DNA of 64,000 bases, taken from Oscillospiraceae bacterium (GTDB taxonomy: Bacteria > Bacillota > Clostridia > Oscillospirales > CAG-272). The DNA lies in NCBI GenBank assembly GCA_015063895.1, contig SVTG01000008.1:156-64155 (forward strand), given 5' to 3'. The notes beneath the pieces are model-generated. The model ran no database searches, was not told the origin of the DNA, and was given only the letters and a program-made list of their open reading frames with translations. Each line of letters begins with the position of its first letter. The stretch's first letter is position 1. Of the stretch, positions 20,138 through 29,529 are shown in pieces. Made by a program: the position numbers and the translations under genes.

Positions 20138-20602
20138 TTGGCAGACCGTGTTGAATCAACCGAAAAAAAGGCCAAGGGCGTTGCGTTAAGGACGGCGCCG
20201 CGTCGCGCCTTGCAAAGGAATAAGCCCCTTGACGGGCATAAAAAAGCCCCGCAACCTCTCAAGCTCTTGATCACCGTGGTGCCGCGTCGCAAGACCGAAT
20301 ATTTTATGGATCTTCTTCAGTCCTTTGACGTCAATATGCAGTTTTGCTCGACCGCACACGGCACCGCCACCTCGGAGATCCGTGCCCTGATGGGCCTTGA
20401 GGACGACGAGAAGCGCGTCATTTTCAGCGTTATTCGCGGCGATATGGCCGCACGGGCGCTCGGCACGCTTGAGGAAAAATTTCAAACCATTAAAAATGCG
20501 AAGGGCATTGCCATGACCGTGCCGCTAACGGGTATGATCGGCGTGGCGCTTTACCAGTTTTTGGCCAACAACCGTAAGGGAGGAAAAGCAAATGAAATTT
20601 GA
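20138..20602 (+). CDS. PII-like protein with a basic N-terminal extension
   Basis: TTG 20138 behind AAGGGGG. Core KLLITVVPRRKTEYFMDLL...KRVIFSVIRGD resembles a PII fold, preceded by about 45 basic residues. Confidence 0.6.
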   Translation: MADRVESTEKKAKGVALRTAPRRALQRNKPLDGHKKAPQPLKLLITVVPRRKTEYFMDLLQSFDVNMQFCSTAHGTATSEIRALMGLEDDEKRVIFSVIRGDMAARALGTLEEKFQTIKNAKGIAMTVPLTGMIGVALYQFLANNRKGGKANEI

Positions 20603-20927
20603 GCATGAATTGATACTTTGCATCGTAAACGTAGGCTTTTCCGATGCGGTGATGGAGGCCGCACGCGCCTGCGGCGCGGGCGGCGGCACCGTGATCAACG
20701 CCCGCGGCACCGCCAATAAGGAGGCGGAAACCTTTTTTAAGATCACCATTCAGCCCGAGAAGGAGGCTGTGATGATTTTGGTGCCCGCTGCTATTAAGGA
20801 TAGCGTGCTGCGCGCCCTTTACGAAAAGGTCGGTCTGCAAACGCCGGGGCAGGGCATCGCATTGGCACTCCCCGTTGACGGCGTTGTCGGTCTGCCGAGC
20901 AAAACGCCCCCTACAAGTGAGAATTGA
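20592..20927 (+). CDS. PII-family protein
   Basis: 111 aa with ELILCIVNVGFSDAVMEAARACGAGGGTVINARGT...EKEAVMILV. Overlaps the upstream gene by 11 nt. Confidence 0.7.
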   Translation: MKFEHELILCIVNVGFSDAVMEAARACGAGGGTVINARGTANKEAETFFKITIQPEKEAVMILVPAAIKDSVLRALYEKVGLQTPGQGIALALPVDGVVGLPSKTPPTSEN

Positions 20928-20956
20928 TCCTTTGCCAAGGGAGAAAGGAAATTCAT

Positions 20957-23221
20957 ATGAACGATTACGTGATTAAAGACAGCAAAGAAATGCACGAGCT
21001 TACAAAAATATGTAGGATCGGAATCGTAAAGCGCGTGGGAAACGAGTGGTCAACCTTTGTCAAAAAGATCAACGTTGATACGGTGCCTGATTTTGCGGCC
21101 GTTCGCTTTGACTCACAGGGTGTATGCGGTGTGTTTGTCAATGGCAAGCATATTGAGGGCAACACGGGCAGATATCCAAACCGTATCACTTATGCCGAGT
21201 GCACCTCAGCGCTTGTCCCGGGCGAAAACGAGATCAAAATCGTTTTGGGCGGCCATTATTATCAAGTGATCCGCGACAAGATAAGAGCGCGCGCAGGTGC
21301 GCTGTTTTCCTGTGTTGCGGCACAGCTGCTCCTTGAAAAGGACGGGAAAACGACGGAATACGTTACCGACGAAAGCTGGGCGTGTATTTCCGATGACGGA
21401 CAAACCACCCCCACCTGCTACTCGGAGGTCACAAGGGCGGAATATGACCGCTTTTGGCTGTCTGCCGCTTTGGTGCCCGAATACAGCCCCATCTCCTGCC
21501 CGAAGGCGATCACCGATGTGGTCGGCGCGCAATATCAAGCGTATATTTCTGGCTCGAAGCTTGATTTTGCCTACCCCGAAAAGGTCGTGGCAACCAATAT
21601 GAGCGCGGACGGTGCTGCTTTTGTTGCAAATGATGACGCGCCCTTTATCACCTACGATTTTGGCAGAATTTACGTGGGATACGTGAGCGTTGCATGTGAA
21701 GCACAGACGGAGGGCACGCTCCAAGTGTTACTCGACTATTCCGAAAGCACAGACGACTTTGATCCCGAAAGTGATTCTTGGCTCGCGAAGGTGGCCCGAA
21801 AGCTTTCCGTGCAACAAGCGCTCAAAAAGGGGAAAAATACGATACTTTTGATCCGTCGCCGTGCAGGCCGCTTTATGAAGCTTGTTTTTGATTGCAAGGT
21901 CAAGCTGACAAGCGTTTGCTTCAAGCTCAGCATGACCCCTGCCAAGCAGCACGGCTGGTTCTGTTGCGAGAATGAGATGCTTAATGAAATGTGGGAGGTC
22001 GGTAAATATACCCTGCACGTCAACAAGCACCAGGAATACGAAAGCTGCCCGCGCAATGAAATGAAATATTTTTCGGGCGACGGCATTATTGACGCCCTGA
22101 TCGATTATTATGCCTTTGGTGATCCTTCACTCACGTATAGCTCGCTTTCCCTGGCGGAGCCGACGGTCAGCGGCGGTTTGCCGCCTGCAAAGCTTGCCCG
22201 CAACATTCCCCTCACCGATTACCCTGCGTGGCGCATTATCTCGGCGTATAATCACTACCTCTATTTTGGGGATAAATATTTTGTAGAGCAATATTTCGAT
22301 GAGTTGGCTGCTTGTATGGATTGGCTGACCGAGAGAATGAACAGCGCTTATATGATCTATCAGTATCCCGTGTTCTACGATCCCTTTTTTACTGCAAGCG
22401 AGGCAGTTGAATTCACCTGTAGCTTTGACCGCTTGGGTGAAAAGCCGTTGGTCAACGCGGTGCTGTATAAGAGTCTGCTTTGTATGGCGGAATTTGCCGA
22501 CCTTGTCGGTGATCAGCGCGGCAAGGAGTGGCGCCTGCTCGCGGAAAAGGTCTATGAGGCCTTTAATGAACGCTTGTGGGACGATAGCGTCAATGCGTAC
22601 GTGGATACCTATGACAGATCCTATGTGCCGCAGGACGGCAACGCACTGGCGTTGCTCTTCGGCCTTGCCAAGGGTGAGCGAGCAAAGCTTGTGATGGCGT
22701 CCCTTCGAAAGCATTTGTGGACGCCGTACGGGTCTGCATTGCTCTCACAGCCCATCGAGCATACCAGAGGCGGATCCAAAACGCTCTCACCCGCGATGAA
22801 TATGCATGAGGCGGAGGCAAGATTTTTGGCAGGTGATGCCGACGGCGCGATGGAGCTGATCAAAAATTGCTGGGGCACGATGCTGAAGAAGGGGGCAAAG
22901 ACCTTCTGGGAGTTTGCACCCACCAATGCGGACGGGCGATGGCCTGTTCCCGCACACGCCTGGAGTGGCGGCTGCACGTATCTGCTCAGCGCCTACGTGC
23001 TTGGCATTCGCCCCCAAAAGGCGGGGTATGAAACCGCTGTCTTTGCGCCCTATACGGGTATGAAAAGCTTCAAGGGCGTGGTGCCCACCTGCCGCGGCTT
23101 GATCGCAGTAAGCTGCACGACCGAAAACGGCAAACGCGCATATACCTTAGCAATACCCAAAGGAATGGAAATGGATATTCAAATACCAAAGGAAGACACC
23201 GTAACGATCCGCCAATATTGA
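20957..23221 (+). CDS. GH78-like (alpha-L-rhamnosidase family) six-hairpin glycosidase
   Basis: Start at ATG 20957. 754 aa. CPRNEMKYFSGDG corresponds to the GH78 DCPxRE..GW.GD block, and the C-terminal WEFAP...AHAWSGG segment is also GH78-like. Confidence 0.55.
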   Translation: MNDYVIKDSKEMHELTKICRIGIVKRVGNEWSTFVKKINVDTVPDFAAVRFDSQGVCGVFVNGKHIEGNTGRYPNRITYAECTSALVPGENEIKIVLGGHYYQVIRDKIRARAGALFSCVAAQLLLEKDGKTTEYVTDESWACISDDGQTTPTCYSEVTRAEYDRFWLSAALVPEYSPISCPKAITDVVGAQYQAYISGSKLDFAYPEKVVATNMSADGAAFVANDDAPFITYDFGRIYVGYVSVACEAQTEGTLQVLLDYSESTDDFDPESDSWLAKVARKLSVQQALKKGKNTILLIRRRAGRFMKLVFDCKVKLTSVCFKLSMTPAKQHGWFCCENEMLNEMWEVGKYTLHVNKHQEYESCPRNEMKYFSGDGIIDALIDYYAFGDPSLTYSSLSLAEPTVSGGLPPAKLARNIPLTDYPAWRIISAYNHYLYFGDKYFVEQYFDELAACMDWLTERMNSAYMIYQYPVFYDPFFTASEAVEFTCSFDRLGEKPLVNAVLYKSLLCMAEFADLVGDQRGKEWRLLAEKVYEAFNERLWDDSVNAYVDTYDRSYVPQDGNALALLFGLAKGERAKLVMASLRKHLWTPYGSALLSQPIEHTRGGSKTLSPAMNMHEAEARFLAGDADGAMELIKNCWGTMLKKGAKTFWEFAPTNADGRWPVPAHAWSGGCTYLLSAYVLGIRPQKAGYETAVFAPYTGMKSFKGVVPTCRGLIAVSCTTENGKRAYTLAIPKGMEMDIQIPKEDTVTIRQY

Positions 23222-23247
23222 TTTTAAATTTTTTGTGTAAACGCGAA

Positions 23248-23300
23248 GGGGGGGTGAGTCAAATGCAAAAATGCATTTGGTACTCACCCCCGTCGTTTTT
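23248..23300 (+). terminator. long hairpin terminator
   Basis: GGGGGGGTGAGT...ACTCACCCCC with an inner AAATGCA/TGCATTT stem, then CGTCGTTTTT. Confidence 0.6.
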
Positions 23301-23395
23301 GCTTTGCGGCTAAACACCGCAATTTTTGCCTGTTTTGCAGGCAAAAACCGCAAATTCCGCGCGTCAAAAAAGCCTACCGTCGGCTTTTTTGCGCA

Positions 23396-23426
23396 GGGAC
23401 TGCGTAAATGACGCAGCCCCTTTTTT
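23396..23426 (+). terminator. second intrinsic terminator-like hairpin in the long spacer
   Basis: GGGACTGCGT-AAATG-ACGCAGCCCC followed by TTTTTT. Confidence 0.6.
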
Positions 23427-23777
23427 CATAAATCGGACGTGGCGCACCTTGCCGCTACAGGCGCAAGTCTTGTAAGTCATATCTGCAAAACAAGCAAAAA
23501 ATCGTCATAAAAATTGCCAATCATAAGTTTTGTATCGCGGTGCACAATATATTCGGGGCGCGGAAGCAAACGCAAAATTGCAGGTCGCGCAAGCAGGGCT
23601 GCCGCAACGGCGGCAGCAAGTGGGCTCAAAACCGTGGGGGCATTGGCTGTCGCGGTGTGCGTACCCGCGATCAGCGTGGCAGATCGCCCTTGAAAATAGA
23701 TTGGAATGCTTTGTGCTTGCCGTGTGTTTGCAGTGGATGCCAACCGATGGATGGGGTGCAAAGCGAAGGAGAACAAA

Positions 23778-23972
23778 ATGGCTAACAAGCAGGCAAAGAA
23801 GGCGCTTGAGCAATTCAAGCAGCAGGCTGCAAACGAGGTTGGTGTCAACCTCAACCAGGGTTACAACGGTGACCTTACCGCCCGTCAGGCAGGCTCTATC
23901 GGTGGCCAGATGGTCAAGAAGATGATCGAGTCCTACGAGCAGGGCATGGGCGTTTCGCAGAACAAGCAATAA
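23778..23972 (+). CDS. alpha/beta-type small acid-soluble spore protein
   Basis: 64 aa behind AAGGAGAA. Contains EVGVNLNQGYNGDLTARQAGSIGGQMVKKMIE, the SASP germination-protease and DNA-binding blocks. Confidence 0.9.
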   Translation: MANKQAKKALEQFKQQAANEVGVNLNQGYNGDLTARQAGSIGGQMVKKMIESYEQGMGVSQNKQ

Positions 23973-23985
23973 AGAATTGACCCAT

Positions 23986-24017
23986 GGGGGGCGCTTTGAT
24001 GGCGCCCCTCTTTTTTT
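23986..24017 (+). terminator. intrinsic terminator
   Basis: GGGGGGCGC/GCGCCCCTC stem plus TTTTTTT. Confidence 0.8.
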
Positions 24018-24123
24018 GAGGTGCGAGGCGTTGGGGCGCGTTATCCCCCGAAACGGGGGAAAAGTGCCGCCGTGATTTTGTGCATGAGTGAACGGAAAGA
24101 TACATAATGTGTCCAAAATTGGC

Positions 24124-24153
24124 TTGACAGGGTGATAGCGCGTGCGGTATAAT
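24124..24153 (+). promoter_or_regulatory. sigma-A-type promoter
   Basis: TTGACA, 18-nt spacer, TATAAT. Confidence 0.6.
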
Positions 24154-24237
24154 GAGATATGATGAAAGCTGTGTCGTTGCCCGTGCGGCAGCACAGCTGA
24201 ACGGATCCGAAAACCCCTGTTGATTGGAGGAAAGCTT

Positions 24238-25503
24238 ATGAAAACAAAAGCTGTGAGACTGTACGGAAAAATGGACCTGCGTATGGAGGAAATGGAGCTG
24301 CCCGAGATCGATGCCGACGGCATTCAGGTCAAGATCATTTCCGACTCTCTTTGCATGAGCTCGTATAAGGCGTGCGTGGAGGGTGCGGATCACAAGCGCG
24401 TTCCTGAGGATATTGCCGAAAAACCGATCATTATCGGGCACGAGTGCTGCGGCAAGATCGTCAAGGTCGGCGAAAACTGGAAGCATAAGTTCAAGGAGGG
24501 CGACGACTTTGCCATTCAGCCCGCTCACTTTTATAAGGGTACGCAGCAGGCGGTAGGCTATTCGTATCAATTCTGCGGCGGCGACGCGCAGTATAGCAAT
24601 ATCCCGATGGAAACCTTGGCGATGGACTGTCTGCTTCCGTATCATTCGGACGTTTATTTTTACGGCTCACTTGCCGAGCCGATGAGCTGCATTATCGGTA
24701 CCTTCCACGCCATGTACCACACCACCCCCGGCTCCTACGAGCACAAGATGGGCATTGTGGAGGGCGGTAAAATGGCGTTGCTCGCCGCCGTTGGCCCGAT
24801 GGGACTCGGCGCTATTGATTACGCCCTGCATTGCGACAGACGCCCCTCGGTGCTGGTGGTTACCGATATTGATGAGGAAAAGCTGGCACGCGCGGCAAGC
24901 ATCTATACGGTTGAGCACGCCAAGGAAATGGGCGTTGAGCTCCACTACGTCAATACGGCCAAAACACCCGATGCAGTTGCCACGTTAAGAGAGCTCACGG
25001 GCGGCAAGGGCTACGACGACGTTATTTGCTTTGTTCCCGTTAAGAGCGTTGTGGAGCAAGCAGATGCGATACTCGGCTTTGACGGGTGCTTGAATTTCTT
25101 TGCAGGCCCGATCGACTCGCAGTTTAAGGCAGAGATGAACTTCTTTAACGTGCACTATTCCTACACCCATATCGTAGGCACCAGCGGTGGCAACACCGAG
25201 GATATGCGCGAGGGCATCAAGCTGATGAACGAGGGACGCATCAATCCCGCAACGATGATCACCTACGTGGGCGGTCTTGATTCCGCAGCACAAACCACGA
25301 TGTCGCTGAACAAGATGCCCGGCGGCAAGAAGCTGATCTACAATCAGATCTCCATGCCCATGACGGCGATCTCGGACTTTGCCAAGCTTGGCGAGACCGA
25401 CCCGATGTTCAAGAAGCTGGCAGAGCTTGTTGCGGCACACAACGGCCTGTGGAACGGCGATGCAGAAAAGTATCTGCTGGCCCATGCAAAGCCTATTGAA
25501 TAA
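24238..25503 (+). CDS. zinc-dependent medium-chain dehydrogenase (sorbose-1-phosphate reductase-like size)
   Basis: Start at ATG 24238 behind GGAGGA. 421 aa with the GHECCGKIVKVG zinc-site block and a Rossmann segment LLAAVGPMGLGA. Confidence 0.75.
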   Translation: MKTKAVRLYGKMDLRMEEMELPEIDADGIQVKIISDSLCMSSYKACVEGADHKRVPEDIAEKPIIIGHECCGKIVKVGENWKHKFKEGDDFAIQPAHFYKGTQQAVGYSYQFCGGDAQYSNIPMETLAMDCLLPYHSDVYFYGSLAEPMSCIIGTFHAMYHTTPGSYEHKMGIVEGGKMALLAAVGPMGLGAIDYALHCDRRPSVLVVTDIDEEKLARAASIYTVEHAKEMGVELHYVNTAKTPDAVATLRELTGGKGYDDVICFVPVKSVVEQADAILGFDGCLNFFAGPIDSQFKAEMNFFNVHYSYTHIVGTSGGNTEDMREGIKLMNEGRINPATMITYVGGLDSAAQTTMSLNKMPGGKKLIYNQISMPMTAISDFAKLGETDPMFKKLAELVAAHNGLWNGDAEKYLLAHAKPIE

Positions 25504-25529
25504 TATTTGAAAAGCACATTTAAAAAAAG

Positions 25530-25586
25530 AAACGAGGCATAGCGTGATACTCTTAACGGAGAACACGCCAATGCCTCGTTTTTTGC
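25530..25586 (+). terminator. terminator hairpin
   Basis: AACGAGGCAT...ATGCCTCGTT (30-nt loop) followed by TTTTT. Confidence 0.55.
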
Positions 25587-25690
25587 CCGCGCGCGTGCGT
25601 GGCGCGGTATATTTAAAATAGAAGCCTCTTTTTTTAAACGGTTTTGGCGCAAAAAATAGAACAAAGCTCGCTAAAAATTGGAAAATTATC

Positions 25691-25719
25691 TTGACATTTT
25701 GGAAAGCACGCGGTATACT
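25691..25719 (+). promoter_or_regulatory. sigma-A-type promoter
   Basis: TTGACA, 17-nt spacer, TATACT. Confidence 0.65.
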
Positions 25720-25753
25720 ATTCTTGTTATCTCATGCTTGACGGAGGCACACC

Positions 25754-26764
25754 ATGAAAAAGAGTGAAAGACTGCTGGCGGAAAAATTTTTGTTGCAGCG
25801 TATTTTTGAGGAGGATCCCGATTTTGTAGATAAAACGATGGAGGCGTTTTCGCTTTCGCGCTCCAGCGTTTACAATTATATCAATCGCTTGCAGGATGCA
25901 GGCGAGCTTGAGCGTGTGGGCGGCTCTATGCCGTATCGCATTGCTTATCACACCACGCGCTTTACCATCGATACCTCTAAGGAGCGCTCCGAGGACCGCG
26001 TTTACAATCGCGATATTGCTCCTTTGCTTGAGGAATTGCCCATCGGCGTGCAGAAGATCTGGCGTTACGCGATCACCGCGATGCTCAATAACGCCATTGA
26101 GCACGCCCACGCCTCCGCGATCGTTTGTGTGGTCAGCCGCAGCCGTCTGTCTACCATGGTTGGGGTGCTGGATAACGGCGTCGGCATTTTCCGCCGCATC
26201 GGGCAGGCCTTGCGCGAGGAAACGGGTGAGGCCGTTACCACAGCCGAGGCTGCCGCTATGCTGTATACGGGCGGTTATACCACCATGCCCGAAACGCACA
26301 TGGGTCAGGGTATCTTTTTCACCTCGCGCTTAATGGACCATTTTGCCATTCGCTCCGACACGACTCTGTTTACGATGGGCAGTGACGGTGAGGAGGTTGA
26401 GGCCGAGCGCTTCCGCGGCACCGCCGTGCAAATGGCGCTTGCCAACGACACCTCACGTGATCTTTCTGCTGTGATGGCACGGTATATTGACCCCGAATAT
26501 GGGTTTATCCGCACCGAGGTGCCCGTGGCACGTATGTTTGGCGGCGGCTATCCCGTATCGCGCTCCGAGGCGCGCCGCCTTTTTGCTCTCGTTGCAGATT
26601 TTACCGACGTTGAATTGGACTTTGGCGGTGTGACGGAGATCGGCCCTGATTTTGCGCACGAGCTTTTTGGCGTCATTGCACGCCAGCACGACGGGCTGAT
26701 GCTTTCTACCGTCAATGCAAACGAGGCCGTTGCCGCGGCTATTCGCCGCGCACAGCGCGCCTGA
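25754..26764 (+). CDS. wHTH plus GHKL-ATPase plus STAS-like (DUF4325-type) fusion protein
   Basis: N-terminal HTH (LSRSSVYNYINRLQDAGELE). GHKL N-box AMLNNAIEHA, G1 LDNGVGIF and G2 GQGIFFTS. C-terminal SRSEARRLFALVADFTDVELDFGGVTEIGPDFAHELFG resembles DUF4325/STAS. Confidence 0.65.
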   Translation: MKKSERLLAEKFLLQRIFEEDPDFVDKTMEAFSLSRSSVYNYINRLQDAGELERVGGSMPYRIAYHTTRFTIDTSKERSEDRVYNRDIAPLLEELPIGVQKIWRYAITAMLNNAIEHAHASAIVCVVSRSRLSTMVGVLDNGVGIFRRIGQALREETGEAVTTAEAAAMLYTGGYTTMPETHMGQGIFFTSRLMDHFAIRSDTTLFTMGSDGEEVEAERFRGTAVQMALANDTSRDLSAVMARYIDPEYGFIRTEVPVARMFGGGYPVSRSEARRLFALVADFTDVELDFGGVTEIGPDFAHELFGVIARQHDGLMLSTVNANEAVAAAIRRAQRA

Positions 26765-26827
26765 GCTAACGTAAAAAGAGGCACACGGGGTGCCGCAGTA
26801 GAGTCGTATGAGCTCTGCCGACAGGAA

Positions 26828-26860
26828 GGGGACGGGAAATTTTAGCAATTTCCCGTCCCC
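26828..26860. terminator. 14-bp perfect hairpin between convergent genes
   Basis: GGGGACGGGAAATT/AATTTCCCGTCCCC. The flanking T-runs are weak. Confidence 0.5.
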
Positions 26861-26874
26861 CTAGTTTCTGTGTG

Positions 26875-27360
26875 TCAGGATTGCCGCATGCGCGATAGCA
26901 GCCCTTCGATGGCGGTGGCGTGCTCCTCCTCCTCGGTTGCGATCCGTTCAAATAAACGTGCTCCCTTAGCCCCCTGCAAGCCATCGGCCAGCCGTTTGTA
27001 GGTGCTTGCCCCCTCGCGTTCTTCCTTGATGCGTGATGTAAGGACGGCTTCCAGTGCCGTCGGCGCTTCACCCGAAAAGCTGGCGCCGTGATAGGCACGG
27101 CGCGGGGAAAAGCGCGGCATGGGTGTAAGACCGTAGCGCAGCAGATATTGCCCCAGCTGCGAGAGGTGTGCGAGCTCCACACGTGCCAGCTCGTCAAACA
27201 GCCTTGCCGCCGCAGGGAAGGCGGCTGCCGCGCGCATCGCGAGCAGGGAATAGTCGTATGTGTCGCTCAGTTCCTCCGAAAACAGGCGCAGGACCTCACG
27301 CAAATGTGCGGCGTCGCCGCTCGTCAATGGCACTTTTTTAGAAAACAGCTCCATAGGCAC
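26875..27360 (-). CDS. ferritin-like/rubrerythrin-like domain protein
   Basis: 161 aa, helical, with paired E..H-type motifs (ELAHLSQLG, EEEEHATAIEGL). The start could instead be ATG 27354. Confidence 0.45.
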   Translation of the reverse strand: MPMELFSKKVPLTSGDAAHLREVLRLFSEELSDTYDYSLLAMRAAAAFPAAARLFDELARVELAHLSQLGQYLLRYGLTPMPRFSPRRAYHGASFSGEAPTALEAVLTSRIKEEREGASTYKRLADGLQGAKGARLFERIATEEEEHATAIEGLLSRMRQS

Positions 27361-27444
27361 TCCTTTGCCAGCCGCACGGGAACAGGATCCACAAGCCCTG
27401 CGGCTTTGTTTTTAACAGTAAATGCCGGGGGCGCACAAAACGTG

Positions 27445-27478
27445 AAAAGGGCAGAGCGCACAGCGCTCTGCCCTTTTC
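27445..27478 (-). terminator. typA terminator
   Basis: AAAAGGGCAGAGCGC/GCGCTCTGCCCTTTT perfect stem with flanking A and T runs. Confidence 0.75.
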
Positions 27479-27485
27479 AAAATGA

Positions 27486-29324
27486 TCAGTTTTTCATTGC
27501 CGCGCGGCGTAGACGCATCGTCTCCTTCATACGCAGCTCGGTATTGAGGATCTTTTTGCGCAGGCGGATCGATTTCGGTGTCACCTCGATCAGCTCGTCG
27601 TCGGCGATAAATTCAATGGCTTCCTCCAGCGAGAAGATCACAGGGGGTGTCAGCAGCAGCTTTTCGTCAGCACCTGCCGAGCGAATGGCGGTCAGCTTCT
27701 TTTCCGCACACGGGTTGACGGCAATGTCATCGTTTTTGGGGTTCATGCCGACGATCATGCCCTCGTAGACCTTGGTCTGGGGACCAACGAACAAATTGCC
27801 GCGCTCTTGCGTGTGGAACAGACCGTAGCGCGTCGTCTCACCGTCGCAGGAGGCGATCAGTGCACCTGTAAAGCGCATCGGGATCTCACCGCGATAGGGC
27901 TGATAGCTGTCAAACAGGGTATTGATCACGCCCTCGCCGTGCGTGGCGGTCAGAAACTCTGAGCGATAGCCGATCAGGCACCTGGAGGGGATCAGATATT
28001 CAATGCGCGTGCGGTCACCCACGGGGTGCATCTCCAGAAGATCGCCCTTACGCTGCCCCAGCTTTTCAACCACGGGGCCGACGAAATCAAGCGGCACGTC
28101 AAGCGTGACCTTTTCCATAGGCTCGCATTTGACGCCGTCAATTTCCTTAAAGAGGACGCGGGGGTTCGAGCAGCAAAGCTCATAGCCCTCACGGCGCATG
28201 TTTTCAATCAGGATCGAAAGGTGCATTTCGCCGCGCCCTGCCACCTTAAACTCGTCCGTGGTGTCACCGTCAGACACGCGCAGCGATACGTCGCGCATCG
28301 TTTCGCGGTATAAGCGCTCACGCAGCTGACGGGAGGTGACGAATTTGCCCTCCTTGCCGGCAAGGGGGCTGGTGTTGACGGCAAAGGTCATTTCCATGGT
28401 CGGCTCGCTTACCTTGACAAATTCAAGGGGCGTGGGGTCGGTCGTGGCGGTGATCGTGTCGCCGATCGTGATCGAGGCGGCGCCCGAGAAGCAAACAATG
28501 TCACCCATTTTGGCACTTTCTACGGGCACGCGCGTCAGGCCGTCGATCTGGTAGATCGAAACGATCTTGGTGCGCTTGGGGGCTTCGCCCGAGTGATAGT
28601 TGCAGACCAGCGCGTCCTGGTTTTGCTTCAAAACGCCGCGTTCAATGCGTCCAATGCCGATACGCCCCACGTAATCGTTGTAGTCGATCGAGGAGACCAG
28701 CAGCTGCAATCCACCCTCCTCATCACCCTCGGGAGCGGGAATATAGTCAAGAATGGTATCGAAAAGAGGCGTGAGGTCGGTGCCTGCCACGTCGGGCTCG
28801 CGCGAAGCGGTGCCGGCACGGCCCGAGCAGTAAAGAATGGGGCTGTCCAGCTGCTCGTCGGAGGCGTTAAGGTCAATGAGGAGCTCCAAGACCTCGTCCT
28901 CTACCTCGCCAAGGCGAGCATCGGGCTTGTCGATCTTGTTGACGACCACGATCACGCGATGATTGAGCTCAAGGGCGCGCTGTAATACAAAGCGCGTCTG
29001 GGGCATCGGGCCCTCGGCCGCGTCAACCAAAAGGATTACGCCGTTTACCATTTTGAGTACGCGCTCCACCTCGCCACCGAAGTCAGCGTGCCCGGGGGTG
29101 TCAACAATGTTGATCTTGACGTCCTTGTAGTGAACGGCGGTATTCTTGGCCAAAATCGTAATGCCGCGTTCCTTCTCAATGTCGCCCGAGTCCATTACGC
29201 GCGTCACGGTTTCTTGATTTTCACGGTAAATGCCACCTTGCTTTAGCATCTGGTCAACCAGCGTGGTTTTGCCGTGGTCAACGTGTGCAATGATGGCAAT
29301 GTTGCGTAGATCTTCGCGAATCAT
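27486..29324 (-). CDS. typA: translational GTPase TypA/BipA
   Basis: [37 protein letters not shown]. Start set at ATG 29324 behind GAGG; the ORF-track GTG 29336 lies inside the RBS. Confidence 0.95.
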   Translation of the reverse strand: MIREDLRNIAIIAHVDHGKTTLVDQMLKQGGIYRENQETVTRVMDSGDIEKERGITILAKNTAVHYKDVKINIVDTPGHADFGGEVERVLKMVNGVILLVDAAEGPMPQTRFVLQRALELNHRVIVVVNKIDKPDARLGEVEDEVLELLIDLNASDEQLDSPILYCSGRAGTASREPDVAGTDLTPLFDTILDYIPAPEGDEEGGLQLLVSSIDYNDYVGRIGIGRIERGVLKQNQDALVCNYHSGEAPKRTKIVSIYQIDGLTRVPVESAKMGDIVCFSGAASITIGDTITATTDPTPLEFVKVSEPTMEMTFAVNTSPLAGKEGKFVTSRQLRERLYRETMRDVSLRVSDGDTTDEFKVAGRGEMHLSILIENMRREGYELCCSNPRVLFKEIDGVKCEPMEKVTLDVPLDFVGPVVEKLGQRKGDLLEMHPVGDRTRIEYLIPSRCLIGYRSEFLTATHGEGVINTLFDSYQPYRGEIPMRFTGALIASCDGETTRYGLFHTQERGNLFVGPQTKVYEGMIVGMNPKNDDIAVNPCAEKKLTAIRSAGADEKLLLTPPVIFSLEEAIEFIADDELIEVTPKSIRLRKKILNTELRMKETMRLRRAAMKN

Positions 29325-29451
29325 AGTCTGCCTCACTTTCGCATTTCTTAAAATAACACTTTATTATAACATAAGCATAGTTGTTTGCCAAGTGGAAAAA
29401 GGGCAATTTTTGCAAACTTTTTACATTATACAGCAAAAAAACGCATGGTGC

Positions 29452-29480
29452 TTGACATTTTACGGGCCGCGTTTTATAAT
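29452..29480 (+). promoter_or_regulatory. consensus sigma-A promoter
   Basis: TTGACA, 17-nt spacer, TATAAT (perfect). Confidence 0.7.
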
Positions 29481-29529
29481 AAATGGGGTCAAATGCGTTT
29501 TCCTCGCATTTGAAGAAAGGCGGTTTTGT

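Noticed and set aside
23477-24645. Minus-strand ORFs of 125, 272 and 243 aa overlapping the SASP gene and the dehydrogenase start.
   Set aside because: They run antisense to a textbook SASP and across two terminators. Their composition is Ala/Arg-rich noise.
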